A stretch of DNA of 64,000 bases from contig OZ024762.1 of the NCBI GenBank assembly GCA_964016885.1, forward strand, positions 7,130,001 to 7,194,000. Direction: 5' to 3'. Made by a program: the position numbers and the translations under genes. Shown piece after piece: positions 12,319 through 24,294 of the stretch (within the stretch, counting starts at the first letter, position 1; every line of letters starts with the position of its first letter). The notes under the pieces are model-generated. The model was given only the letters and a program-made list of their open reading frames with translations. It made no database searches and was not told the DNA's origin. Source of the DNA: Eledone cirrhosa (Eukaryota).

Positions 12319-15124
12319 CAAGCGGGGGAACACACAAGCCAGGTAGATTATATCCTTACCAGAAGACGTGACAGAGTGTCTGTTGTAAACACTAAATCCC
12401 TCCCCCATGAAGAATGCACCTCCCAACATAGACTGATAATTAGCGACCTCATAGTCAGGACGAGACGCACCCGACAGCAGAAGAGGACTATCCTCAGGAG
12501 GAAAATATGGAAACTAAAGGACCCCACAGCCAGAAATAAATTTCAAAGCATATTACTTGATGCTTTCGACAGTAAGGAAGAGCATCTAGAATCGGACAAT
12601 ATAGAGGGACAGTGGAAATTTCTGAAAGCAAACCTGCTGTTGGCGACAGACGAAGTCTGTGGCTGGAGCAGGCCTGTAGGCAGGAGGAGAGTAACATGGT
12701 GGTGGAACAATAGGGTGGAGGGGTCAATTAAGGCCAAAAAGCAGGCTTGGAAAGTATGGCGGGATGGGGGAAGTAGAGTAGACTATCAAGTGGCCAGGAG
12801 GGAAGCTAGGAGAGAAGTGTACTTAGCAAGAAGGGAAGCTGAGGAAAGAAAGTTCAAGCATGTTCTACAACGCGATGACCAAAAACGTGAGGTGTTCAGG
12901 ATTGCCAGGCAATGCGTCAAGGAAAACCGTGATATTGTCGGGGAGAAGTGTGTACTTAACGATGATGGCATACTTGCCATCACCGACACTGATAAGAAGG
13001 TAGCTTGGAAGTGTCACTATGAAAGGCTACTAAATGAGGAGAATAAATGGGAGAAAGACAGTCTCCCCCTTATCGACCCGATAGAGGGACCAGCAGTGTT
13101 AGTCGAGGGGAGTATAATAAGTAAGGCAATCAAGGATATGAAGACTGGTAAGGCGGCTGGGCCTTCGGAAATAGTTGCTGAGATGCTGAAGGCATCTGGC
13201 ACGGTGGGACACAACATGGTCACCCGCATAGTTAACCAAGTCGTACAGAATGGGGTTGTTCCGAAGGACTGGCATAGCAGCATCATCGTTAACTGTTATA
13301 AGGGTAAAGGAGACGCCCTAGATAGGAGTAACTATAGAGGCATTAAATTAATCGACCAGGTCATGAAGGTCACGGAAAAAGTAATAGCGCAACTAATCAG
13401 AGAGAGAATTGATCTAGATGAAATGCAGTTCGGGTTTGTGTCAGGCAAAAGCACCACAGACGCTCTTTTCATAGTACGACAACTACAGGAGAAGTACCTA
13501 GCTAAAGGTAAACCCCTCTACTTAGCTTTTGTCGACCTGGAGAAAGCCTTCGACAGAGTCCCCCGCTCCATTATCTGGTGGGCTCTTAGAAAACTAGGCG
13601 TTGACGAATGGCTTGTGAGGGCTATACAAGCCATGTATAAAGAAACAGTCAGCAAGGTTAGAATTAACAACGAATATAGTGAAGAGTTTAGCGTAAAAGT
13701 TGGCGTCCATCAGGGCTCTGTTCTCAGCCCCCTACTATTTATTATTGCCCTTCAGGCTATAACAGAGGAGTTCAAGACAGGCTGCCCATGGGAACTCCTA
13801 TACGCAGACGACCTGACACTCATAGCGGAATCAATGGCCGAGCTAGAGAAGAAATTCCAAACATGGAAGCACGGCCTAGAGTCAAAAGGACTTAAAATTA
13901 ACCTGGCTAAGACCAAAGTTCTAGTTTGTAGGAAAGAAAACAAGGCGGCGGTCCCTTCTGGGAAATGGTCGTGCTCGGTATGTAGGAAAGGCGTAGGTAG
14001 AAACTCCATCTTATGTCCTAAATGCAAAGTATGGGTGCATAAAAGATGTAGTGGGATCACAGGTAAGCTAACTAAGAACATAGACTTTACATGTGGCCGG
14101 TGTTCTGGTGCAATAAGTAGCAGCAAGTGCCCACAAAATACTAGCTCTTTCAATTGCGCAGAGGGTTCTATAGAAATAGTGGACAGCTTCCGTTACCTGG
14201 GCGATAAAATCAGCAGTGGGGGAGGGTGCTCTGAAAGTACTGTAGCTAGAGTCAGAACTGGTTGGAAAAAGTTCAGAGAGCTTATACCACTATTAGCTGC
14301 TAAAGGGTTCTCCCTAAAAATGAAAGGCAGGTTGTACGATGCCTGCATACGAACAGCAATGTTGCATGGTAGTGAGACCTGGGCATTGTGTGCAGAGGAT
14401 ATACGCAGACTAGAGAGGAACGAAGCTTGCATGCTCCGCTGGATGTGTAACAGTAATATACGTGAACGGCAAAGCATAAACGAACTAAGGAAAAAATTAG
14501 AGATAAGAGGGATCAGATGTTGTTTACTCGAGAGAAGGCTGCGTTGGTATGGACACGTGATGCGCATGAAAGTCGATAGCTGTATTACAAAGTGCAGGGC
14601 AATAAAGATAGACGGTAGCCACGGAATAGGCAGACCTAGAAAAACATGGGATGAGCTGATAAACTCCGACCTCACACACTTACACCTCTCCAAGACAATG
14701 TCACTGGACCGTGACCTTTGGCGGTACTCAGTAACAGAGAAGACCCGCCTTGCCAGTAGGCATATCTAACAAAATACACCCCTCCCGCCGCCACCCCCAC
14801 CCCATCCACACCACCCCGTTCTATGTAAAGTTATGTTGGTGCCGCGCCATCCAGGCCGAAACAAATGAGATCGTGTAGGTGTCACGACAAAAAAACACAC
14901 AGTCCACGCTGTAATGTGGCCGTGTAGGCAACACGGTAAAAACCTCCCAGACCCACACTGTAAATGTGGTTGGTGTTAGGAAGGGCATCCAACTGTAGAA
15001 AACCTGCCAGACAGTCCTATGCGAGCAAGACAATCACTCTTGCCTCAAGTGGGACTACCCCCGTCCAAACCCATGCAAGCGTGGAACACGGACGTTAAAC
15101 GTTGATGATGATGATGATGATGAT
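12319..15124 (+). mobile_element. RTE-clade LINE, 5'-truncated, young
   Basis: Uninterrupted frame from ~12319 to 14769, then a ~340-nt 3' UTR and (GAT)n tail at 15104-15124. Flanked on both sides by the same (CATATTACATATATA)n-type microsatellite. Confidence 0.93.
12376..14769 (+). CDS. RTE LINE polyprotein fragment: C-terminal end of AP endonuclease, reverse transcriptase with inserted PHD finger
   Basis: Frame extends upstream as SQVDYIL...QHRLI (APE C-terminus). RT motifs YRGIKL, QFGF, FVDLEKAFD, GVHQGSVLSP, YADD (13801-13812), FRYLG; RTE C-terminus RLRWYGHV..GRPRKTW. Confidence 0.93.
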   Translation: MSVVNTKSLPHEECTSQHRLIISDLIVRTRRTRQQKRTILRRKIWKLKDPTARNKFQSILLDAFDSKEEHLESDNIEGQWKFLKANLLLATDEVCGWSRPVGRRRVTWWWNNRVEGSIKAKKQAWKVWRDGGSRVDYQVARREARREVYLARREAEERKFKHVLQRDDQKREVFRIARQCVKENRDIVGEKCVLNDDGILAITDTDKKVAWKCHYERLLNEENKWEKDSLPLIDPIEGPAVLVEGSIISKAIKDMKTGKAAGPSEIVAEMLKASGTVGHNMVTRIVNQVVQNGVVPKDWHSSIIVNCYKGKGDALDRSNYRGIKLIDQVMKVTEKVIAQLIRERIDLDEMQFGFVSGKSTTDALFIVRQLQEKYLAKGKPLYLAFVDLEKAFDRVPRSIIWWALRKLGVDEWLVRAIQAMYKETVSKVRINNEYSEEFSVKVGVHQGSVLSPLLFIIALQAITEEFKTGCPWELLYADDLTLIAESMAELEKKFQTWKHGLESKGLKINLAKTKVLVCRKENKAAVPSGKWSCSVCRKGVGRNSILCPKCKVWVHKRCSGITGKLTKNIDFTCGRCSGAISSSKCPQNTSSFNCAEGSIEIVDSFRYLGDKISSGGGCSESTVARVRTGWKKFRELIPLLAAKGFSLKMKGRLYDACIRTAMLHGSETWALCAEDIRRLERNEACMLRWMCNSNIRERQSINELRKKLEIRGIRCCLLERRLRWYGHVMRMKVDSCITKCRAIKIDGSHGIGRPRKTWDELINSDLTHLHLSKTMSLDRDLWRYSVTEKTRLASRHI

Positions 15125-15288
15125 ATACATATTACATATATATATATACATATTACATATATATATATACATATTACATATATATATACATATTACATAT
15201 ATTACATACATATTACATATATATATATACATATTACATATATATATACATATACATATTACATATATATATATATATATATATATTA

Positions 15289-16476
15289 ATTAGCAGAAGC
15301 ACCCGGCGTTGCCCAGGTTAAATATAATAATGAAATTTCATTAAAAAATTGATATACAAGTTTTTTCTTAATACTTATTGTGATTTGTGATTCTAACATT
15401 ACTGGCCTAACAAATTCTGTGAGATCAATAACAATAATATATTTGAAATAGAAAACACATAAAAGCAAATTATGATAAAACTTCTTTATATACAACATTA
15501 TAAGTTTTTCCCAGTGGAGTATGAATGAAAATATTTTTTTTAACTTGCAACATGTGAGCAACCATCATATAATTATCCATGAGAAAAGCAAGTCACTGAT
15601 AATGTCTGACCCTGTGATTAGTCTAATTGGCAACTGTACTCTGTTAAATTGTATTGGTAAATCAGTATTAATGGAATTTAGTAACAAATACATTAACGCC
15701 TACTCCACATCCAGAGACTACAATAGCTTCTATAACATGGGGCATCATTTTCTTCACAATAAGTAATGGAGGCACATGGCTTAGTGGTTAGAGCATTGGC
15801 CTTGCAATCGAAAGGTTGTGAGTTCAATTCTCAGACCGGGTGATGTGTTGTTTCCTTGAGCAAGACACTTTATTTCACATTGCTCCAGTTTAATCAGCTG
15901 TAGAAATGAGATGATAGGGACTGGGGTCCCTATCATTCCACTGCAAAGTGGTCGTGGAGGTGCCACGGCAAAAAATCATCAGCCCACACTGTAAAGTGGA
16001 CATGTAGGCGCTTTTCCCTGCTTGCAAGGGTGGGACGGGAACTGATTCTGGCTTGATTTCTACAGCTGGATGCCCTTCCTAACACCAACCTCATTAACAA
16101 AAGTTCTTACAAAAATATAATGGACGGTTATAGATAAATATAAATAATTTAACCTTTCCATTAACATATTTCTAATGAAAGACACTCTATGATTTTCAAA
16201 TAATTTTGAACATAATCAAGAATCTATATGCATTTAATAGCGAAAGAACTCTGTAGCCTTCAAACTAACGGTTGAGTCAAATTTTTGTTAAAATAGGATT
16301 ATCGTTGAATGAGGATTATCTCCTGTCCCTTAAAAGATTATAGGTCTAAGATTGAGTACAACCTATAGTTGAGTCTAAGGACCTTTCATGCAATGTTTGA
16401 ACTTTATTGTTTTTTTTGGGTTTTTAAGTGCATTGGTAACAAATAGACCAACAAACAATCTATTTTATATATAAGA
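15289..16476 (-). mobile_element. non-autonomous Helitron-like element interrupted by SINE A
   Basis: Minus strand starts TCTTATATATAAAA and ends with hairpin cctgggcaacgccggg plus tgcttctgCTAA. Confidence 0.5.
15768..16097 (+). mobile_element. tRNA SINE family A with inverted 3' segment
   Basis: 15768-16007 is forward; 16008-16097 is the reverse complement of the SINE tail. Confidence 0.8.
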
Positions 16477-18019
16477 TATACACACCATATTTCTAATGAA
16501 AGACATTACCTTTGATTTAAGGATAATTTTGAAAATACTCATAAATTTGACAAAATTAGTGAAATGATGCACTTTTTCATTATTAAGTAACTATTTGGAA
16601 CATAATTTAATCAAAGTTCTTACATAAAATTATGATGGAAGAGTTTTAGATAAATATAAACACTTTAACCTTTTTGTTGCCATATTTTTAATGAAAGATA
16701 GTCTATGATTTTCAAATTGTTTTCAAAATATTCAAGAATTTGCTTTTTCCGATTATGTATTTATATGTATGCATATATGTATATATGTGCATATGTATGT
16801 ATATATGTATATATGTATGTATATATATGTATATATACATATATGTATACATATATAAATATGTATATATATATACATTTATGTATACATATATAAATAT
16901 GTATATATATATATATATACATATATGTATACATATATAAATATGTATATATATGCATATACATATATGTATACATATATAAATATGTATATGTATATAT
17001 ATAAATATGTTGGAACATGACTTAACGAAAGTTCTTACAAAAATATAATGGACGGTTATAGATAAATATAAATAATTTAACCTTTCCATTAACATATTTC
17101 TAATGAAAGACACTCTATGATTTTCAAATAACTTTGAACATAATCAAGAATCTATATGCATTTAATACTGTAACTAACTAAGCTGGTGTTTGGAATATAA
17201 TTAAAATAACTTTTGCATATTATGATGGAAGGTTTTTAGTTAGATATAAACACTTTCAACTTTTCATTACCATTTTTCAAATAAGTTTTAGAATAATCAA
17301 GAATTTAGAGTAATTCTCATTATTAAGTTGGTGTTTGGAGCATAACTTAACAAAGGTTCTTACATAAAATTATGATGGAAGGTTTTTAAATAAATATAAT
17401 CACTTTAAAACAAACAGTTATGTATTATAGAATGTGTTTGGAACATAACAAATGTTCTTACATAACATTATGATGGAAGTTTTTAGATAAATATAAACAC
17501 TTTAAAACAAATAGCTTTGTGGAACATAACTTAACAAAGGTTCTTACATAAAAATTATGATGGAAAGCTTTTTAGATGAATATAAATACCAAACCACCTA
17601 AAACTGACCCTACTTCTATGATACAAAACTGTTTGTCTTTACGTATTTATCATCATCATCATCATCATCATTTTTTTTAAAGCGGACGTAAAATGATGAT
17701 GATGATGATGATGATAAATACTTGAAGACAAACAGTTTTGTATCATAGAAGTAGGGTCAGTTTTAGGTGGTTTGGTATGAAAGAGGGTTAAAGGAGGATT
17801 AACTATGAATTAAACAGATTAAATGACCACATTGAAGCTCCTTTGTTGGTTGATTTAATAACTTTTAGAACGCACCATGTGCAGGTTACACCATGTGCAC
17901 ACAGCATATGCTGTCAATAAATTAGGTGTACATGTGTAATGTGTATATACTGGAATGAAGTTCCCATTTAAAAGTAGTTTGGTATTGTGTCAGAGAGATG
18001 AGAGGGCTATAACTACAAG

Positions 18020-18060
<41 letters not shown>

Positions 18061-18095
18061 ATCTATTTATCTATCTCTCTCTCGCTCTCTTTCTA

Positions 18096-18160
<65 letters not shown>

Positions 18161-18200
18161 TCTTCACACACCTTCTCCCTCACCCCCCTCTGCCCTTACA

Positions 18201-18287
<87 letters not shown>

Positions 18288-18859
18288 TCTTCACACACCT
18301 TCTCCCTCACCCCCTCTGCCCTTACATCTATATATCTCTCCCCCTCTCTCTCTCTCTATATATATATATATCTATCTATCTGTCTCTGTCTCTCCCCCTC
18401 TCTCTCTAAGTCAAGGTGTTTTACATCAGTTTCTGTGACACTATGACTGCTGCTTCTAGTGCTATGGTTTCTTCACAAGAGTCAGGTTTCATTCACCCTG
18501 GGAAAAGTTGTGAAGAGGAAGGAGGAATGCCTTTAATGAGGGATTTGAAGACAACAAGGCACCTAATGATTAGGGCAGTGCTGTTATAAGAGCCCTAAGC
18601 TATGTTATGAATGGTACCCTTAAAATGTTATGCATTTTAAGTCCAGCTGCTCCCGACTTCATAGATTATAGAAAATCTTGAAATTCTTACTGTCCAAATA
18701 AAAGGGGTTGATGGAGTTGGTTCACAGAGAACACTAAGAAGCAAATGTTTATAAAGCCCTTAAATGTCTTCATTTGTGGCAGTTTATTGAAAGACATCCT
18801 ACATTGTCAAAAGATTTAGAGCTTTATTTTTTAGAGAGTTAAGAATAAAAAGAGTTTAA

Positions 18860-18968
18860 CCCTTTTGTTATCCTGTTTTTAATGAAACACACTGCCTATA
18901 ATTTCGAAATAATCTAGAATTTGGCTGCATTTAGTAATATAACTAACTTTCTCATGGTAACAAAAGGG
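18860..18968. mobile_element. piggyBac-like MITE (related AT-rich tracts at 16100-17790, 38630-39010, 40770-40920, 44270-44965, 54830-54950)
   Basis: TTAA|CCCTTTTGTTA...TAACAAAAGGG|TTAA. Confidence 0.7.
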
Positions 18969-19025
18969 TTAATAGTTATTAACCCTTTTGTTACCATATT
19001 TCTAAATGTTACCTGTGGTTTTCAA

Positions 19026-19590
19026 ACCATTTTGAAAATAATCAAGCACCCAGTCCACCCTGTAAGGTGGTAGTGCTGGTATCACAACAAAAAACACCCA
19101 GTCCACTCTGTAAGGTGATAGTGCTGGTGTCACAACAAAAACACCCAGTCCACTCTGTAAGGTGGTAGTGCTGGTGTCACAACAAAAACATCCAGGCCAC
19201 TCTGTAAAGTAGTAGTGCTGGTGTCACAACAAAAACATCCAGTCCACTCTGTAAAGTGGTAGTGCTGGTGTCACAACGAAAAACACCCAGTCCACTCTGT
19301 AAAGTAGTAGTGCTGGTGTCACAACAAAGACACCCAGTCCACTCTGTAAGGTGGTAGTGCTGGTGTCACAACAAAAAACACCCAGTCCACTCTGTAAAGT
19401 AGTAGTGCTGGTGTCACAACAAAGACACCCAGTCCACTCTGTAAGGTGGTAGTGCTGGTGTCACAACAAAAACACCCAGTCCACTCTGTAAAGTAGTAGT
19501 GCTGGTGTCACAACAAAGACACCCAGTCCACTCTGTAGGGTGGTAGTGCTAGTGTCACAACAAAAACACCCAGTCCACTCTGTAAAGTGA
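19026..19590. repeat. 47-bp minisatellite, ~12 copies
   Basis: Unit cacccagtccactctgtaaggtggtagtgctggtgtcacaacaaaaa. Confidence 0.92.
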
Positions 19591-19719
19591 AACAGATTTT
19601 AGATCTGTCCGGGTATCAAAGGCAGTTGCCCGATATAGGTTTGTTATTTTTATTGATTTATTACTTTAAATCGAGAAAGGCAAACTATATTGTTTTTCAA
19701 CCTAGCTAACTTGATGATT

Positions 19720-19848
19720 ATCATCATCATCATTTGACGTCCGCTTTTCCCTGCTTGCAAGGAAACAACACATCACCCGGTCTGAGAATTGAACTCACAA
19801 CCTTTCAGTTGCAAGGCCAATGCTCTAACCACTAAGCCATGTGCCTCC
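19720..19848 (-). mobile_element. internally deleted SINE family A
   Basis: Tail joined directly to head at caagg. Confidence 0.7.
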
Positions 19849-20041
19849 ATTATATATAAATATATATATAAAACAAGAGAAGGCAGGACTTGAAATATCC
19901 CTTTAAAGTTTTAATGTTGCAAAATACACTATATATATTTCAATGAGCAAGTTACATCATCCAGTCATGGTGCAAGACCTTGACCAGATTGTCCAGCCTT
20001 CTGTTGTTTTAAATAAATATTTAACCCTGTTCCTGTACCAG

Positions 20042-20066
20042 CCATCGGATTCAACATCTACGATGG
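20042..20066 (+). CDS. candidate upstream 25-nt microexon of the ROS1-like gene
   Basis: Acceptor ttaaccctgttcctgtaccag and strong donor GG|gtgagt in non-repetitive sequence. Open in all frames; the phase 2->0 reading (HRIQHLRW) would join the 26835 exon. No homology support. Confidence 0.3.
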
Positions 20067-20465
20067 GTGAGTTGCATAATGTAGAGTGCTTTTCTTACTA
20101 TTACATCATGGTTTACTAATCGGAATCACCAGTTCTACTCACTGGTAAACCATACACACACACACATGCACACACACGCACACACACACACACATACACA
20201 CACACACATATATATATCATCATCATCACCTTCTAACGTCCATATTTCCATGCTAACATGAGTTAGACGTTGGCCCTGTTGGGAGACAAGCCATGTCAGA
20301 TGACCATGTCTTGCTCATATATATATATATATGCAGAGGTTATATTTAATTTGTTGGAATTCAACAAACTTAAAAGTTTTATAACTGATATAAAGCACTC
20401 AACAGTTTGGTGGAGTAAATATTCATTATATTAATAAATGGAAACTATATTTATAAAACCATAAT

Positions 20466-20531
20466 TATTTTATTATATATATTTCAAGGGCAACCAAGGC
20501 AACTTTTGGTGCGCTTTCATCAGATAAAATA
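20466..20531 (-). ncRNA. minimal type I hammerhead ribozyme motif
   Basis: Reverse complement of the 20647 motif. Confidence 0.72.
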
Positions 20532-20646
20532 CAAAATTTGTTTTATAAATGTTGACATACCCGCAGAACAACAACCTATCCAGCGAACCTTCAACCGTCA
20601 AGGTTGTTCTTCTGCGGGTATGTCAACATTTATAAAACAAATTTTG

Positions 20647-20711
20647 TATTTTATCTGATGAAAGCGCACCAAAAGTTGCTTGGTTGCCCTTGAAATATAT
20701 ATAATAAAATA
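20647..20711 (+). ncRNA. minimal type I hammerhead ribozyme motif
   Basis: Perfect 8-bp stem I TATTTTAT/ATAAAATA; CTGATGA 20655-20661; stem II AAGCGCACCAA/TTGGTTGCCCTT; GAAA 20692-20695; palindromic TATATA; AUA triplet. Confidence 0.75.
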
Positions 20712-20753
20712 ATTATGGTTTTATAAATATAGTTTCCATTTATTAATATATTG

Positions 20754-20788
<35 letters not shown>

Positions 20789-21114
20789 TTATATATATTT
20801 ATATATGTATGTATACAGAGACAGAGAGGGAGAGAGGAGGGGTGGGGGGAGATACAGAGAAAGAGAGACAGACAGAGAGAGAGAGAGAGAGGTGGGAGGG
20901 AGGTGTTGTTAAACTAACTCACCCTCAGCTCTTTGCCTATGGTGGTGTGAGGGGCGGGGAGAGGAGAGCCATGTGTGTGGAGGGGAGGGGTGAAGTGGTG
21001 GTAGTAGTAGTAGATCCCAGCAGGTGGTGGTAGTGGTAGTGGTGGCAGTAGTGGAGCTTGTGATGGTAGCAGTGGTGGTGGTACTAGTAGTAGAAGTTGT
21101 GGTGGTGGTGCTGT

Positions 21115-21154
<40 letters not shown>

Positions 21155-21312
21155 TCCCAGCAGATGAGTGCATAATACATATTAGATGTCTTTTGTTCTT
21201 CACTGTTTATTGTGATGGTATATATATATGTATATATATACACACATATATACACATATATATATATGTACATATATATTATATATATATATATACACAT
21301 ATATATATGTAC

Positions 21313-21358
<46 letters not shown>

Positions 21359-21428
21359 TACTATATATGTTTGAATATATCATATATATATGTGTGTGTG
21401 TGTATGTATATATATGTGTGTGTGTATG

Positions 21429-21459
<31 letters not shown>

Positions 21460-21788
21460 ATGTATATATATGTGTGTGTATGTATATATATATATATGTG
21501 TATGTATATATATATGTATGTATATGTATGTATATATATATATGTGTGTGTGTATGTATATATATATATGTGTGTATGTGTATGTATATATATATATATG
21601 TGTGTATTTATATATATATGTGTATGTATATATATGTATATATATATATATGTGTGTATGTATATATATGTATATATATATGTGTGTATATATGTGTGTA
21701 TGTATATATATGTATATATATGTGTGTATGTATATATATATATATGTGTATGTATATATATATATGTGTATGTATATATATATATGTG

Positions 21789-21872
<84 letters not shown>

Positions 21873-22066
21873 CATATATGTACATATATATATGTGTGTG
21901 TGTATATATATATATGTGTGTGTGTGTATATATATATATGTATATATATATATGTGTGTGTGTGTATATATATATGTGTGTATGTATATATATATATATA
22001 TGTGTGTGTGTGTATATATATATATGTATATATATATGTGTGTGTGTGTGTGTATATATATATATG

Positions 22067-22097
<31 letters not shown>

Positions 22098-22104
22098 ATA
22101 TATG

Positions 22105-22135
<31 letters not shown>

Positions 22136-22879
22136 ATGTTGTCTTAACCTGAACCCCTGAAGCTATTGATATTTCTTCATCACCCCCCCCCCCCCCTTTC
22201 ACCTCTTCTTGTGTCCTTCATAAACTTCATACAGACCACCTGGAGCAGTTGGGTGGTGGTGGTGGTGGTGGTGGTGGTGGTGGTTATGGGGGTGAGGGTG
22301 GTGGTGATGGAGGTCATGATGGTGGTAGTGGGGATGGTGATGGGGAGGGTGGTGGTGGTGGTGTTGGTGATGTTTGATGTAAACAAGGTGAACTAAAGTA
22401 GTTTTTAACAGTCTCTTCATCATCACCCCTCCATGGCTCTACCTGCATCTCCCCCTCCCTATCTCTCCTACTCTCTCCCTTAATCCACCCCACCTGTCCA
22501 CCCATATTCCCCCTCCCTTCCTCACCGCATACCCCCCCCCCCTCATCTTTACACTCTCCCCCATCTTCTCCCTCTCTTATTCTCAGACCAATCTCCAAAG
22601 TAGTTCTTCTCCCAGCCAACCCAACCATATGTAGCCATCTGTGGGATTCTTTCATTTCACAATTCTCACCCAATTTTCCTCACCCATAGGTTTATGGCAC
22701 CCCAATGTCTCTCACATAGGCACATTTCACCCCTATTCCCCTCCCATAGGTATATGGTAGCCCAATTCCTCTTCCATGGGTTTATGATAACCCAATTCCT
22801 CTTCCATAGATACATGGTATCCCTGTCCTCCCTCATGGTTACATAGTACCACTATTCCTCTCCCCATTGCAGCACTCTA

Positions 22880-23310
22880 TCCTTGTTCTTGTCTTACAGG
22901 TACCCTGTACCACTATTCTTGTCTTGTATCTACCCTGTACCCCTATTCTTGTCTTACAGGTACCCTGTACCCCTATTCTTGTCTTATATCTACCCTGTAC
23001 CCCTACTCTTGTCTTATAGGTACCCTGTACCACTATTCTTGTCTTATATCTACCCTGTACCTCTACTCTTGTCTTATAGGTACCCTGTACCACTATTCTT
23101 GTCTTATATCTACCCTGTACCCCTACTCTTGTCTTATAGGTACCCTGTACCCCTATTCTTGTCTTATATCTACCCTGTACCCCTATTCTTGTCTTATATC
23201 TACCCTGTACCCCTACTCTTGTCTTATATCTACCCTGTACCCCTATTCCTCTCCTGTAGGTAAACTATATCCCTCTTCCTCTCCTGTAGGTATACTGTAT
23301 CCCTATTTCT
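22880..23310. repeat. 30-bp minisatellite (alternating, 60-bp higher-order)
   Basis: taccctgtacccctattcttgtcttatatc / ..atagg. Confidence 0.9.
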
Positions 23311-23366
23311 GTGCCAGTGAGTTGTAAGAGACCCCTGTTATATATGTAATTATTCTCCATCATATA

Positions 23367-23830
23367 AAATATAATAATAAGGAAATTATTGTGTAAAGTG
23401 CTCAGGTGCACTAAAACTCGTCAAAGGTGCATGTATAGTACATAGAATAATATACAAATGTCAGGGAAGTAAATAGTGTATGAGTCATGATATACATGTG
23501 TGTATGTGTATGGAGGGGGAATTTCAGGTGTAGTGTTGGCAAATCTCAGGTAGCATGAAGGTTTTAAAGGATGCAATGTCTCGACAGCTAACAACTGATG
23601 CAGGGAGTTTGTTCCATGCTTCAGCAACTCTGAGTGTGAAAGAATATTTCCAAAAGTCATGGGAGCTGTGCTGTTTTCTGACTTTGTAGGCATGCCTACG
23701 TGTGTTAGACACATGGAGATCAAAAAGGTACTCAGGGTTGTTGTTGGCAAGATGGTTAGTAATTTTGTGGTGTTTACCAAGTCAGTTGCCAGACGTCGGA
23801 GCTTCAATGTATCCATGCCCAGGGAAGCAT
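23367..23830 (-). mobile_element. CR1-clade LINE 3' fragment
   Basis: Translates MDTLKLRRLATDL... and TRRHAYKVRKQHSSHDFWKYSFTLRVAEAWNKLPASVVSCRDIASFK (CR1/L2 RT C-terminus); (TTA)n tail. Confidence 0.82.
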
Positions 23831-24294
23831 GTACTTGTCCTTTTCTTTTTTACCCCGCATCTGTTTATCTTGTATATTCTTACATACTATGCTGTTTCTC
23901 TGCTACTGTACAACTATGGCCCTACCCTAATTAACGCAATCTTTGACTTTAATTTATCTCTTATCCCTTTAGCAATTTACATTACTCTATATTTACTATA
24001 GTATTTTCACATAATATCGAATCTATGAGATTTTGATGTTATTTATTTTGAGAACAATACCTTAACATCAGTATGAGGGGCTGGTTACAGCTGGTTTGAA
24101 CAGAAAAAGGTGAGAGAATTCTAGTGGGATATGGCCAGTTTAGATGCTAAAGGGTTATTCATCCTCATGTATCTTATTCTGATATTTCCTTTGAGTTACC
24201 TTAAGTCAGGCTAAACCTAATTTACTGTATTTTTATTTATCTCTAATTCTTCTCCATGTGTCTCATTTAGGTAGTCACTTAAATTTACCTTCTA

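Larger units (their letters stand above)
20332..20750. mobile_element. hammerhead-bearing fold-back element (subfamily 1), ~150-bp arms
   Basis: Arms 20427-20577 and 20601-20750 nearly perfect, 23-nt spacer; same sequence as the 8994 copy. Confidence 0.75.

Noticed and set aside
15768-15840. tRNA-like sequences (all SINE heads)
   Set aside because: No proper acceptor stem; always followed by SINE core and tail, in many copies.
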